64,000 nt of DNA from Candidatus Omnitrophota bacterium (GTDB taxonomy: Bacteria; Omnitrophota; Gorgyraeia; 2-02-FULL-51-18): contig CAMDWQ010000002.1 of the NCBI GenBank assembly GCA_945877765.1, positions 14,464-78,463 on the forward strand, in the 5' to 3' direction. Below, piece after piece: positions 27,121-37,000 of this stretch (positions within the stretch are counted from its first letter, which is position 1; each line of letters opens with the position of its first letter). Both the position numbers and the translations under genes were made by a program. A model generated the notes under the pieces. That model had not been told where the DNA came from. It ran no database searches and saw only the letters and a program-made list of their open reading frames with translations.

Positions 27121-29316
27121 ATGACACAAAAAAGTTTATCTTGGCGTTTTTCTCTGATTGCAATCGTCGTTGCCGCCTGTTTTTATTATGCGATTCCTCC
27201 GTTTGGCACTCCCCAGAAACCGGGAAAGATAAAGCTTGGATTGGATTTGCAGGGTGGCATGCATTTGTTGCTACGCGTGGACACCTCAAAGCTTTCGGAA
27301 AAAGCCAAAGAGGATGCTACGGAGCGAGCGATGGAAATTATTCGTAACCGTATCGATCAATTCGGCGTTGCGGAGCCTTCCATTCAGCGCGAGGGAAATG
27401 ACCGCATTGTGGTTCAGCTTCCGGGAGTCACAGACCGCGAGCGCGCGCTGTCTCTTTTGGGGAAGACGGCACTTTTGGAATTTAAAGTAGTTTCTGATGA
27501 CGCTGGACTGCTAAAAGAGGCGATCGCAGGAAACGTGCCCGATGGTTTTGAGCTGCACTCATCGGATGAGGGTGGGCAGATTCTTGTTGAAAAAGAAACA
27601 CTTTTGACGGGCAAGCATATCACTAACGCCGGGGTAAGCTTTGAATCCAACTTTAATGAGCCTGTTGTTACGTTAGAATTTAACAGCGAAGGCGGGAAAA
27701 TTTTTTCTGACATCACCGGGGCGAATGTCGGCCGCCGGATTGCAATTATTCTGGATGGAAATGTGCAGTCTGCACCCGTGGTGAACGAGCGCATCCCTTC
27801 GGGAAAAGCACAAATTACCGGACGCTTCAATATTGATGCCGCCAACGATCTGTCGATTGCCTTGCGAGCCGGCGCCTTACCCGCACCTATTATCGTGGAG
27901 GAAGAACGAAGTGTGGGTCCAAGCCTTGGAAAGGATTCGATTCAGCAGGGAATTAGCGCGTCGCTCTTCGGGTTTGGTGCTGTCGTTGTTTTCATGATGA
28001 TTTATTATATGTTTGGCGGTCTTGTCGCCAGCATCGCCCTCTTCTTAAATGTCGTCATTACACTGGCCGCTTTGAGTTATTTTCATGCCACGCTGACACT
28101 GCCGGGTATCGCTGGGACCGTGTTGACAGTGGGTATGGCGGTGGACGCAAACGTGCTTATTTTTGAGCGTATCCGCGAAGAGCGCGCTCTGGGAAAACCG
28201 ATGGCCGCGGCCTTGATCGCCGGCTACAACAAAGCCTTTTTAACCATTTTGGATACGCACTCAACGACACTGATTTCATCGGGAATCCTTTATTATATCG
28301 GTACGGGTCCGATCAAGGGGTTTGCGTTGACGCTGGCAATTGGTATTTTGGCAAGCTTGTTCACCAGCGTTTTTGTCACCCGGGCAATTTTTGATCTTTT
28401 GATTAGCAAGGGCGGTTTAAAAAATCTAAAGATGTTACAACTTTTAAACTATGTGCCAAAAATTGATTACTTAAAAGTCCGTAAAATTTGCTACATCGGT
28501 TCGGTTCTTGTGATTTTAGCGGGAGCCTATTTCTTTTTTAACCGCGGGGAAAAAATGTTTGGCGTCGAATTCACCGGCGGTACGATGCAAGAGTACCGTT
28601 TTACTCAAGCCGTTTCGGTAGACGATATTCGCAAGAGTCTGGATCAGATTGGATTTGGCACGGCGACGATTCAAAAGGTAGGCGAAGGCAACGATATCAT
28701 GATCCGTGCCGGTCAGGGATCCGAAACCACGATACAGAAAAAACTCACGCAGGATTTTCCCCAAAATAAACATGAATTGTTAAGGCTTGAAAGTGTTGGC
28801 CCGGTGGTGGGCAAAGAGCTCAAAGTGAAGGCGCTTTGGGCGGTTGCACTCGCGCTGTTGGGGATTTGGATATACATCGTATGGCGTTTTGATTTTAAAT
28901 TTGCTTTTGGCGCGATCCTCTCGCTTTTTCATGACGCGTTGGTTACGATCGGTTTTGTCGCCATCAGCGGCCGTGAATTTTCGGTGCCAGTGCTTGCGGC
29001 AATTTTGACGATCATTGGTTTTTCAATCAATGATACGATTGTCATTTTTGACCGCATTCGTGAGAGGCGTCGCGCCGGGACGAAGGAGACCTTTGCGGAG
29101 ACGGTGAATACCAGTATCAACCAGACGCTGCCGAGGACAATTTTGACAACGTTGACGGTTTTTATGGTAATCCTGGCGCTTTATTTTAAGGGTGGTGAAG
29201 TGATTAATGACTTTGCGTTTACGATGCTTGTAGGTGTGATTAGCGGTACCTATTCCACGATTTATATCGCCGCCCCGGTCCTGATTGATTGGCCCGGTTC
29301 TAAGAAAAACAAATGA
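27121..29316 (+). CDS. secDF: Fused protein-export membrane protein SecDF
   Basis: SecD periplasmic domain plus two 6-TM SecD/SecF blocks with repeated '...FDRIRE...' motifs. Follows yajC. Confidence 0.9.
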   Translation: MTQKSLSWRFSLIAIVVAACFYYAIPPFGTPQKPGKIKLGLDLQGGMHLLLRVDTSKLSEKAKEDATERAMEIIRNRIDQFGVAEPSIQREGNDRIVVQLPGVTDRERALSLLGKTALLEFKVVSDDAGLLKEAIAGNVPDGFELHSSDEGGQILVEKETLLTGKHITNAGVSFESNFNEPVVTLEFNSEGGKIFSDITGANVGRRIAIILDGNVQSAPVVNERIPSGKAQITGRFNIDAANDLSIALRAGALPAPIIVEEERSVGPSLGKDSIQQGISASLFGFGAVVVFMMIYYMFGGLVASIALFLNVVITLAALSYFHATLTLPGIAGTVLTVGMAVDANVLIFERIREERALGKPMAAALIAGYNKAFLTILDTHSTTLISSGILYYIGTGPIKGFALTLAIGILASLFTSVFVTRAIFDLLISKGGLKNLKMLQLLNYVPKIDYLKVRKICYIGSVLVILAGAYFFFNRGEKMFGVEFTGGTMQEYRFTQAVSVDDIRKSLDQIGFGTATIQKVGEGNDIMIRAGQGSETTIQKKLTQDFPQNKHELLRLESVGPVVGKELKVKALWAVALALLGIWIYIVWRFDFKFAFGAILSLFHDALVTIGFVAISGREFSVPVLAAILTIIGFSINDTIVIFDRIRERRRAGTKETFAETVNTSINQTLPRTILTTLTVFMVILALYFKGGEVINDFAFTMLVGVISGTYSTIYIAAPVLIDWPGSKKNK

Positions 29317-29321
29317 TTCGA

Positions 29322-31003
29322 TGAGGCGAAACTGGGTTCTTCATCCGCCTGGTGATGAAGCCCATCGCCTTGCTACTGCATTAAAAATAAACCCGCTGAT
29401 TGCCGGCCTTTTGCTTCGCCGCGGCCTATCCGACCACGGTGAAATCGACCGGTTTCTAAATCCTTCCTTCGAGCACCTCCAAGACCCCTTTGTTTTTGTA
29501 GACATGGCCAAAGCGGTCGAAAGAATCCGTCAGGCGATTCGTCAAAAAGAAAAAATTTTAGTTTACGGCGACTACGATGTTGACGGCATCACCGGAAGCG
29601 CCATTTTGTATCCGGTACTAAAAAAACTTGGCGCCGATGTTGAAGTCCATATTCCACACCGGATGAATGACGGGTACGGGCTTAACCGGGATTCTTTAGA
29701 AAAACTTCTCCGGCAAAAATTCACTCTGGTCATCACGGTGGACAATGGGATCACCGGCGCTGACGAGGTGCGCTATTTAAATGAAAAAGGCGCCGACGTG
29801 ATTATCGTGGATCACCACACTCCCAAAGAGGAGGTGCCGCCGGCGTTTGCGATTGTCAGCAGTGTTGCGGGGGGCAAAGGAGACAATAATCTTGCGGCTT
29901 GCGGACTGGCTTTTAAAGTGGCGTGGGCGCTATTGGGGAGTCTTGAGCAGGCGCTTGAGTATTTGGATTTAGTGGCGGTGGGCACCGTCGCTGATTTGGC
30001 TCCCGTGCTTGGGGACAATCGGATTATTCTTAAATTAGGCCTTCCGCTTTTAGCCAAAACCAAGCGCCCCGGTTTAAGAGCGCTGATGGAAGTCGCCAAA
30101 ATAGAAAAACATTTTGTTTCTTACCGCGATATCGCGTTTGGTTTGGGGCCTCGCATCAATGCGTCGGGACGGATGGGCTCACCGCTGGCGGCGTTTAAGT
30201 TATTGACCACTGAAAATCCTCTCGAAGCCAGGAATCTGGCGCAAATTCTTGACCAGGGCAATCGTGACCGTCAACGGGTGGAAGCAGATGCTTTCGAAGA
30301 GGCAATTGGGCAGGTGGAGATGGATCCGGGTAAAGAAGAGCAAAAAATTATTGTTCTGGAGAATGCGGCTTGGCATGAAGGCGTTCTTGGAATTATTGCC
30401 GCCCGGCTTGTCGAGCGCTACCGCAAGCCCGCCATTGTGATTTCGCTAAAAGGCAATGTGGGAAAGGGATCTGGCCGATCGATTCCTTCCTTTTCTATTT
30501 ATGACGCCATGCTTCCTCATGAAACGCTCATGGTAAATTTTGGCGGCCACGCCCAAGCGTGTGGTTTAACGATACAAAAAGAAAATATTCAGGCACTTCG
30601 TCAAAGCCTAAACCGTGCGGATTACAAAATGGGCGATCTGTCGGAAGGCGTTGATTTGGCTGTGGACGGGCAGATGCTGGCGGCCGATATCGGAGCGCCT
30701 TTTTTGAAAGCGTTGGGCCAGATGACGCCCTTTGGACCGGGAAACCCAAAACCTTTGTTTGTTTCTAAGAATATGAAAGTACGCGGAGAAGTGAGAAAAC
30801 GCGGCAAAGACACGCTTCAATGCTGGATGACGGATCAAGCGGGTAAAATCACGTTGGAAGTGATAGGGTTTCGTTCGTATGGACGCTGGATGTCTGATGG
30901 GCAAGAAAAAAGCGCCGTTGATATTGTGTATCAACCGGCGCTTAAAACATTTAATGGCATTACTTCAATCCAGCTAGAGCTGGAGGACTGGCGGTCAGGC
31001 TGA
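29322..31003 (+). CDS. recJ: Single-stranded-DNA-specific exonuclease RecJ
   Basis: DHH motifs 'VYGDYDVDGITG', 'IITVDNG', 'DHH' and DHHA1 'GGGH'. Start chosen at 'MRRNWVLHP'. Confidence 0.88.
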
Positions 31004-31258
31004 GACGGCTTCGGGCTTCCAGGTACGTCTGGGGGCTTTGACGACCTTGCCAGCTTTGAGGTAGTTGGCGGCAACCAGAACTCGTTTGACGGTGCCGTTT
31101 TCAATAATCTTGACGGATTGTAAATTGGGCTTAAAACGACGGCAGGTGATGCCGGTGGTCTTAAGACCGATACCGCCGGACTTCTTGGCAATACCGCGAC
31201 GGGCAATACGTTTTCCCATTTTTGGCTTTTTTCCGGTAAAATAGCAAACTTTAGACAT
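30995..31258 (-). CDS. rpmB: 50S ribosomal protein L28
   Basis: 'MSKVCYFTGKKPKMGKRIARRGIAKKSGGIGLKTTGITCRRFKPNLQ', 87 aa. The 3' end overlaps the recJ 3' end by 9 nt. The longer annotated ORF upstream is unsupported. Confidence 0.9.
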   Translation of the reverse strand: MSKVCYFTGKKPKMGKRIARRGIAKKSGGIGLKTTGITCRRFKPNLQSVKIIENGTVKRVLVAANYLKAGKVVKAPRRTWKPEAVSA

Positions 31259-31337
31259 CGAGAACTCCTTAAAAATAGTTAAATTGAGAAGCAGTAATGT
31301 ATCACGGTGCTCGTGGAGAGCGCAAGAGAAATTCTTC

Positions 31338-33422
31338 ATGGAACAAACGATCTCCTTAAAAACCCCCCTGCAGTACTTAAAGGGCGTGGGGCCTGAGCGC
31401 TCCAAGGTCTTGGCGCGGCTAAACCTCGTGACCATCCTGGACTTGCTGTATTTTTTCCCCCGCCGCTACGAAAATCGCCTGCCGGTGAAGCTTATTGGCG
31501 AGTTGGTTTTTGAGGACAAGGAGTGCGTTCGTGGTGTTGTTTCTAGCTGTGGGGTGATGCGTCTGCGGACGGGGCAGGTGATTTTAAAGGTTGTGATTTC
31601 TGATGGCAAGTCACAGATGCACGGTCTTTGGTTTAATCAAGCGTATCTTAAAAAGACATTCACCCCCAAATCAAGCGTGATTTTTTATGGAAAAGCCGAA
31701 AAATCCGGCAAGCAGGCGCAAATGGTTCATCCCGAATATGAGATATTCCCCGGGGATGTTCCAGCCCAAACAGTTCATACAGGCAGAATCGCTCCCATCT
31801 ATCCTCTGACGGAAGATTTGGCGCAAAAAGGGATTCGCCAGTTGGTTTATCGGGCGCTTGAGATATTTTCAAGCCTGTTGCGGGATCCTTTGGCGCTTTC
31901 GATGAAAAATCGTCTTGATCTTCCTGACCGCGCTTGGGCGATCCGCCAGATTCATTTTCCGGATGAGGAAAGAAATGCGCTGTCGGCGTATCGCAGGCTT
32001 GTATTTGATGAATTTTTCATGATGCAGATTGTATTGGAGATGAAAAAAGCTGAATATCAAAAAGAAAACCGGCTGATGACTCACGGTGATAAAAAGGCCC
32101 AGGTGGAGCAATTTTTGACGACGCTTGATTTTGAGTTGACTGCGGGCCAGGAAAAAGCTGTGTGGGAAATAATTGCGGATCTGCAATCGGGGCATGTGAT
32201 GAATCGGCTGGTGCAGGGCGATGTTGGTAGCGGCAAAACCGTGGTGGCCGCGGCGGCTCTTGTTTTTACTGCGGCTAATGGCTTCCAGGGGGCGCTGATG
32301 GCGCCGACCGAAGTCTTGGCGCAGCAGCATTATTTAAAACTTTCTCAGTTTCTTGAGCCTTTGGGAATTGCCTGTGGGTATCTTGCTCAAAATCTTCCCG
32401 CAGCCGAAAAAGAAAAAATCCTAACGCGTTTGGCAGATGGCTCGGTTGACGTGGTGGTTGGCACGCACTCGTTGATTCAAGAGGGTGTGCGTTTTAAAAA
32501 GCTGGGTCTTGCAGTCATTGATGAACAGCATAAATTTGGCGTGTTCCAGCGAGGGGCACTGGCGAAAAAGGGTTTTGAGTCGGCGCATCTTCTTTTGATG
32601 ACTGCGACACCGATTCCCAGAACCTTGGCGCTGACACTTTACGGGGATCTTGATATTTCCATCATTGGTGAGTTGCCTCAGGGGCGCCAGCCGGTGCGGA
32701 CGTTGTGGGTCACTGAGAATCGTAGGCAGGCGATGTATGCGCTTTTGGATTCTTTTTTGGCCAAGGGAAGTCAAGGGTATGTGCTTTGTCCGCTGATTGA
32801 ATTTAAAGGAAAAGAAGACGTTAAGAGTATTTTTAAGGCTTACGAAGATCTCTCGCAAGTTTTGTCGCATCGAAAATTTGGTATTTTGCATGGCAAAATG
32901 AAGAGCGATGAAAAAAAGAAAGTCATGCAAGAGTTTAAAGAAAAGAAGATCGATGTGCTTATTTCTACTGTCGTGATCGAGGTAGGGATCGACGTGCCCA
33001 ATGCCAATATCATGATCATTGAAAATGCGGAAAAATTTGGCTTGGCGCAGCTGCATCAGTTACGGGGGCGTGTGGGACGTGGGGCTGAGGAATCCTACTG
33101 CATTCTTTTCTCGGAGGCACGCGGCGAGGATTCTATTGAAAGGTTGGAAGCATTTACCAAGACCTCCAGCGGCTTTGAGATTGCCGAGAAGGATTTAAGT
33201 CTTCGCGGCGGAGGTGACATCGTGGGTGAGAAACAGCACGGCCTGCCTCCACTACGCATTGGGGATATCGTGCGGGATATTGCAATTCTTGAATTGGCCA
33301 AAAAAGAGGCTAGGAAAATCGTCTCGGTCGACCCAAAACTTCTCGCGCCCCAAAACCGACTGGTCCGCCGTGCCGTGGAAAGCCGGTACGGGATAAGCTC
33401 GAAAACAGCGGCTCTCTCTTGA
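31338..33422 (+). CDS. recG: ATP-dependent DNA helicase RecG
   Basis: 'MEQTISLKTPLQYLKGVGPERSKVLA' wedge-domain N-terminus. Helicase motifs 'GDVGSGKT', 'DEQH', 'TATPIPRT', 'QLHQLRGRVGRG'. Confidence 0.9.
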   Translation: MEQTISLKTPLQYLKGVGPERSKVLARLNLVTILDLLYFFPRRYENRLPVKLIGELVFEDKECVRGVVSSCGVMRLRTGQVILKVVISDGKSQMHGLWFNQAYLKKTFTPKSSVIFYGKAEKSGKQAQMVHPEYEIFPGDVPAQTVHTGRIAPIYPLTEDLAQKGIRQLVYRALEIFSSLLRDPLALSMKNRLDLPDRAWAIRQIHFPDEERNALSAYRRLVFDEFFMMQIVLEMKKAEYQKENRLMTHGDKKAQVEQFLTTLDFELTAGQEKAVWEIIADLQSGHVMNRLVQGDVGSGKTVVAAAALVFTAANGFQGALMAPTEVLAQQHYLKLSQFLEPLGIACGYLAQNLPAAEKEKILTRLADGSVDVVVGTHSLIQEGVRFKKLGLAVIDEQHKFGVFQRGALAKKGFESAHLLLMTATPIPRTLALTLYGDLDISIIGELPQGRQPVRTLWVTENRRQAMYALLDSFLAKGSQGYVLCPLIEFKGKEDVKSIFKAYEDLSQVLSHRKFGILHGKMKSDEKKKVMQEFKEKKIDVLISTVVIEVGIDVPNANIMIIENAEKFGLAQLHQLRGRVGRGAEESYCILFSEARGEDSIERLEAFTKTSSGFEIAEKDLSLRGGGDIVGEKQHGLPPLRIGDIVRDIAILELAKKEARKIVSVDPKLLAPQNRLVRRAVESRYGISSKTAALS

Positions 33423-33970
33423 AAATTTTATCCGGCTATTTAAAAGGGCGACTGGTGCATTTTAAACCCAGCCAGACTTTAAGGCCCACTGCCGATGTGG
33501 TGCGCAAAGCCATTTTTGATACGCTCCAGGGCGCTCTCGAAGGAAAGCGGGTGCTGGATGTTTTTAGTGGTACAGGCGCGATGGGTTTTGAAGCGCTCTC
33601 ATCCGGCGCCAGCGAGGTTCTGTGGGTCGAAGCTGAACGAACACAGACAGCCTCTATTGAAAAAACAATCACAGCGCTCGGCTTGGAGGGTGTCGGCAGG
33701 GTAATTCATTCGGATGCCTTCAAGGCTATCGAGAGTCTGGGCCGTCACGGGGAAGTATTTGACCTTATTTTTTTAGACCCGCCCTATCATCAAGGATTAG
33801 GCCAGAGAGCGGTCGGGTTAATTTCCCGATTGGGACTTTGCCGTGCCGGCGCATTTGTCATATTAGAAACTCACAAAACGGAAGACCCTCCAGAGATTGT
33901 GGGTGGGTTGAAAGCAGTCAAAACCAAGAAGCATGGGGATACCAAGATTACGTTTTACCGACAAGATTAA
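33419..33970 (+). CDS. rsmD: 16S rRNA (guanine966-N2)-methyltransferase RsmD
   Basis: TTG start overlapping the recG stop. 'LRPTADVVRKAIFDTL', 'VLDVFSGTGAMGFEALSRGA', 'IFLDPPY'. Confidence 0.85.
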   Translation: MKILSGYLKGRLVHFKPSQTLRPTADVVRKAIFDTLQGALEGKRVLDVFSGTGAMGFEALSSGASEVLWVEAERTQTASIEKTITALGLEGVGRVIHSDAFKAIESLGRHGEVFDLIFLDPPYHQGLGQRAVGLISRLGLCRAGAFVILETHKTEDPPEIVGGLKAVKTKKHGDTKITFYRQD

Positions 33971-34057
33971 AACGACTCACGCAACAAAGCAAACCCTCCG
34001 CCCGACTTGTATCAGCCTCCCCTCTCAGGCATACTTACGCAACCCATAACATAACCC

Positions 34058-37000
34058 ATGAAATTAGATATGTTTATTAACCGCAACCTTTTCAAAAGAC
34101 GAAACCGAATAGGCCTCCGCCTGATATCGCTAGGTCTCGTTATGTCCTTTTTATTCCAAGACTTAAGCTATGGGGGTCAGAGAGGGCAAGACAGGCCGCT
34201 GGCACAGAAGACAATCTACCTTGTTCAGGATGCCCACTCGAATCTCTCTGGGCAGAAAAGTGTAGCTACGATTATCCAGGGCCTCGCGTTAAATGAAAAG
34301 GTTAAAACCATTTACCTGGAAGCGGGTAACGGAAATGAGTCCCTGTCGTTTCTACGCGGGGATGCTGATGCTGAGCGGCTTAAAATAGCGGCAGCTTCCT
34401 ATCTAATTTCCGGTCGCTTGCGTGGTTTTGAATTTGCCAATCTCACGTCTACCCCAAACCTAACTCTTTGGGGCGTCGAAGATATGGAGTTGTACGCCAA
34501 ATCCTTATCTGCCTACCAAATGGTTTCCAAAGATCGGGGTCGGCTGTCCGCTTATCTCGATCGATCGGTTTCGGCGGCGGAAACCCTTAAGAGCTCGGTG
34601 TACGGCGGGGCCCTTCTTTCGTTCGATCAGACAATTGCCGGTTTAAAGGTCAAAAACGACCCTGAAAGTGTAATCCATTTCATCAGTGGAGAGGCGGTAA
34701 AAGCTGGGATCGATCCCAAAAAATACCCTCACGTGCGCGCGTATGTTTCACTAAAAAAATTGGAAACGCGTATCGATTTTGAAAAAGCCAGTAAAGAGCA
34801 GGCTGAGGCGGCCGGCAGCCTCGACCCCGCAGAGATAAGCAAGTACCCGAATCTTTTACTCTACGCCCGATACGAAAAGCGCGCTGCCGTTTTACGTTCG
34901 GCGGCGTTTGTTTTGGAGGTGGACGCGCTTGAGGCACAGCTTTATGAGCGCTTTGCTGCATCGTCCGACGAAAAAAAACTTCTTCAAGCCTCGCGCGATC
35001 TTGCGCTCTTCAAAAAACTGATCGCGTTGACGCTGACGCCTGATGAATACACCGAATATCTATCGCGTGGGGAGTCGATGGAAATAGAGCGGATCACGGG
35101 TTTCCTTAACAAGAAAATAGTCGACTTGAATAAATTTTACGAAAAAGCCGTATTTCTCGAAGAGGGTTACGCGAACTCCGTCAAAATCTGCGAAGATTTT
35201 TATTCGCTAACGCTCCAAAGAGACGAGCGTTTCGTCGCTAATACGCTGACCCAGATGAAGGAGCGGGGAGAGAATAAAGCCGTTCTCATAACCGGCGGTT
35301 TCCACGCGCCGAATTTGAAGCGCTTGTTCGCCGAGCGGAACGTAAACGTCGTTTCCATCGTTCCGCGGATCGAGCAGGAAACCAACTTGAAAAATTACGA
35401 GTCGCAGCTCCTGGGTCCTTTTGCCGGGCAATTTAACAAATCTGCCCACACCGTCTCAACTCATACCAACATGCCTGTCGGCCTCCTGACACGCGACGCG
35501 CTCGGCGGCCCGGACGGCGTAGATTTCTGCGCAGCTATCCACGGCGCCCGCCTTTCCGCCAAAGATCTTCATAAAAAAATGCGTCAACGCTCTTCCTTGC
35601 TGGGTCTCCCCGGAGTAGGGCTTAAGTCAAAAATTCTGTCCGGCGCGCGGCTCGCGAAAGTCGATGCGATGAGCGTAGAAGAAAATGGAAGGGCCGCGAA
35701 AATCATCGAACGCTTTATTCGGCTCAAAGACCAGGCCTATTTATCATCGGGATTGAATGTGAGTTCCAGAAACAATTTTAGCAATCTTGTTACTCATCGA
35801 ATGAGCTCGGGGGAGAGACTATTGAGTTGGTATTTCCTGAGCAATGAGCAATGCGTTGTGTGGGAGGACCTCGAGGATTTCAAAACTAATCTTACGTTGT
35901 CTGTAAGTGTGCTGGATCACGCACTAAGATACGAATCTTCAGAGCTCGCGGAGGTTCCAAAAGATATGATTCAGCGAATTACCGGCTATCGAATGGCCGA
36001 AGGATTCGCTCTGGGCATCAATTTATCACTTTTAAATAAAGGGTTTTTGCCCGAACATAAGGCTCAAATCAAGGTCTTACGAGACAATCTTCATGCAATC
36101 GCCTACGACTGGAGCGCTTTGGTTGATTCTGTGGAAAATCGCCAAGCGACTGAAGGCGCCCGGTTGGCAGAAAGCAAGCCAGTAAGTGCCGCGCGCCTAG
36201 CCGATAATGCAATTGTGACGGGCATTGATTCGCCGTATCCTTGGGATGATTTACGTCAGGAAGATGCAAGAAAAGCGCAGTTTAAAAAACCCTATTTTCA
36301 TGATTTTTTGAAAAATTGTTTCGCTGGGCAAGAGTCTGTCAAAGCCGTTGATATCGGAACCGGTGACGGTTGGTTTGTGGATGAAATCGCCCCGATCTTT
36401 GAGACGCTGTTCCCCGGCGCTATCGTCCAGGGCGTTGAGACGGATGTTGCTTTTGGATTTGAGAATCCAAGCGCCTTTCTCGCTAAGAATGGCCCTGAGT
36501 CAATGGATTTTGTTTCCATCGTTGCCCCGGACCCCATGCGACGAACGGAGCAAATGGAGGTCGCTGATGTATTGTTGCGCCCCAATGGAGTTTTATACAT
36601 CTCGGGCAATTACATGACCAATATATGGGCAACTTCCTGGCTTCTGGAGCGCGGTTACTCCATTTCCCGCATTCCAAGTTTCAACCAAGGACCTCCTTTT
36701 AGTCCTTATGAAGGCCAAGAATTTAGCGGGATCATTTTAGCTAGCAAATCAAATATAAAAGGTTTTCAGTATTTGAAAAAAATGGGATGGGACGTCTTTG
36801 TGTATAATGGCGCCCGTTTGGCCAATATTTCTATTGTCCAGTTACCGGATATCGTACGAGTCGCCGATCGTGTTATAGATTTTATCGATCACGGGGTAGA
36901 GTTTAGCAATGATAGGGAACAGTTGCTCGCTGCATTGAAGTTGGTTGATTTTATGTCGAATAATTTGAATGAATTTGTTCCCGATACCCGTCAAAGAACC

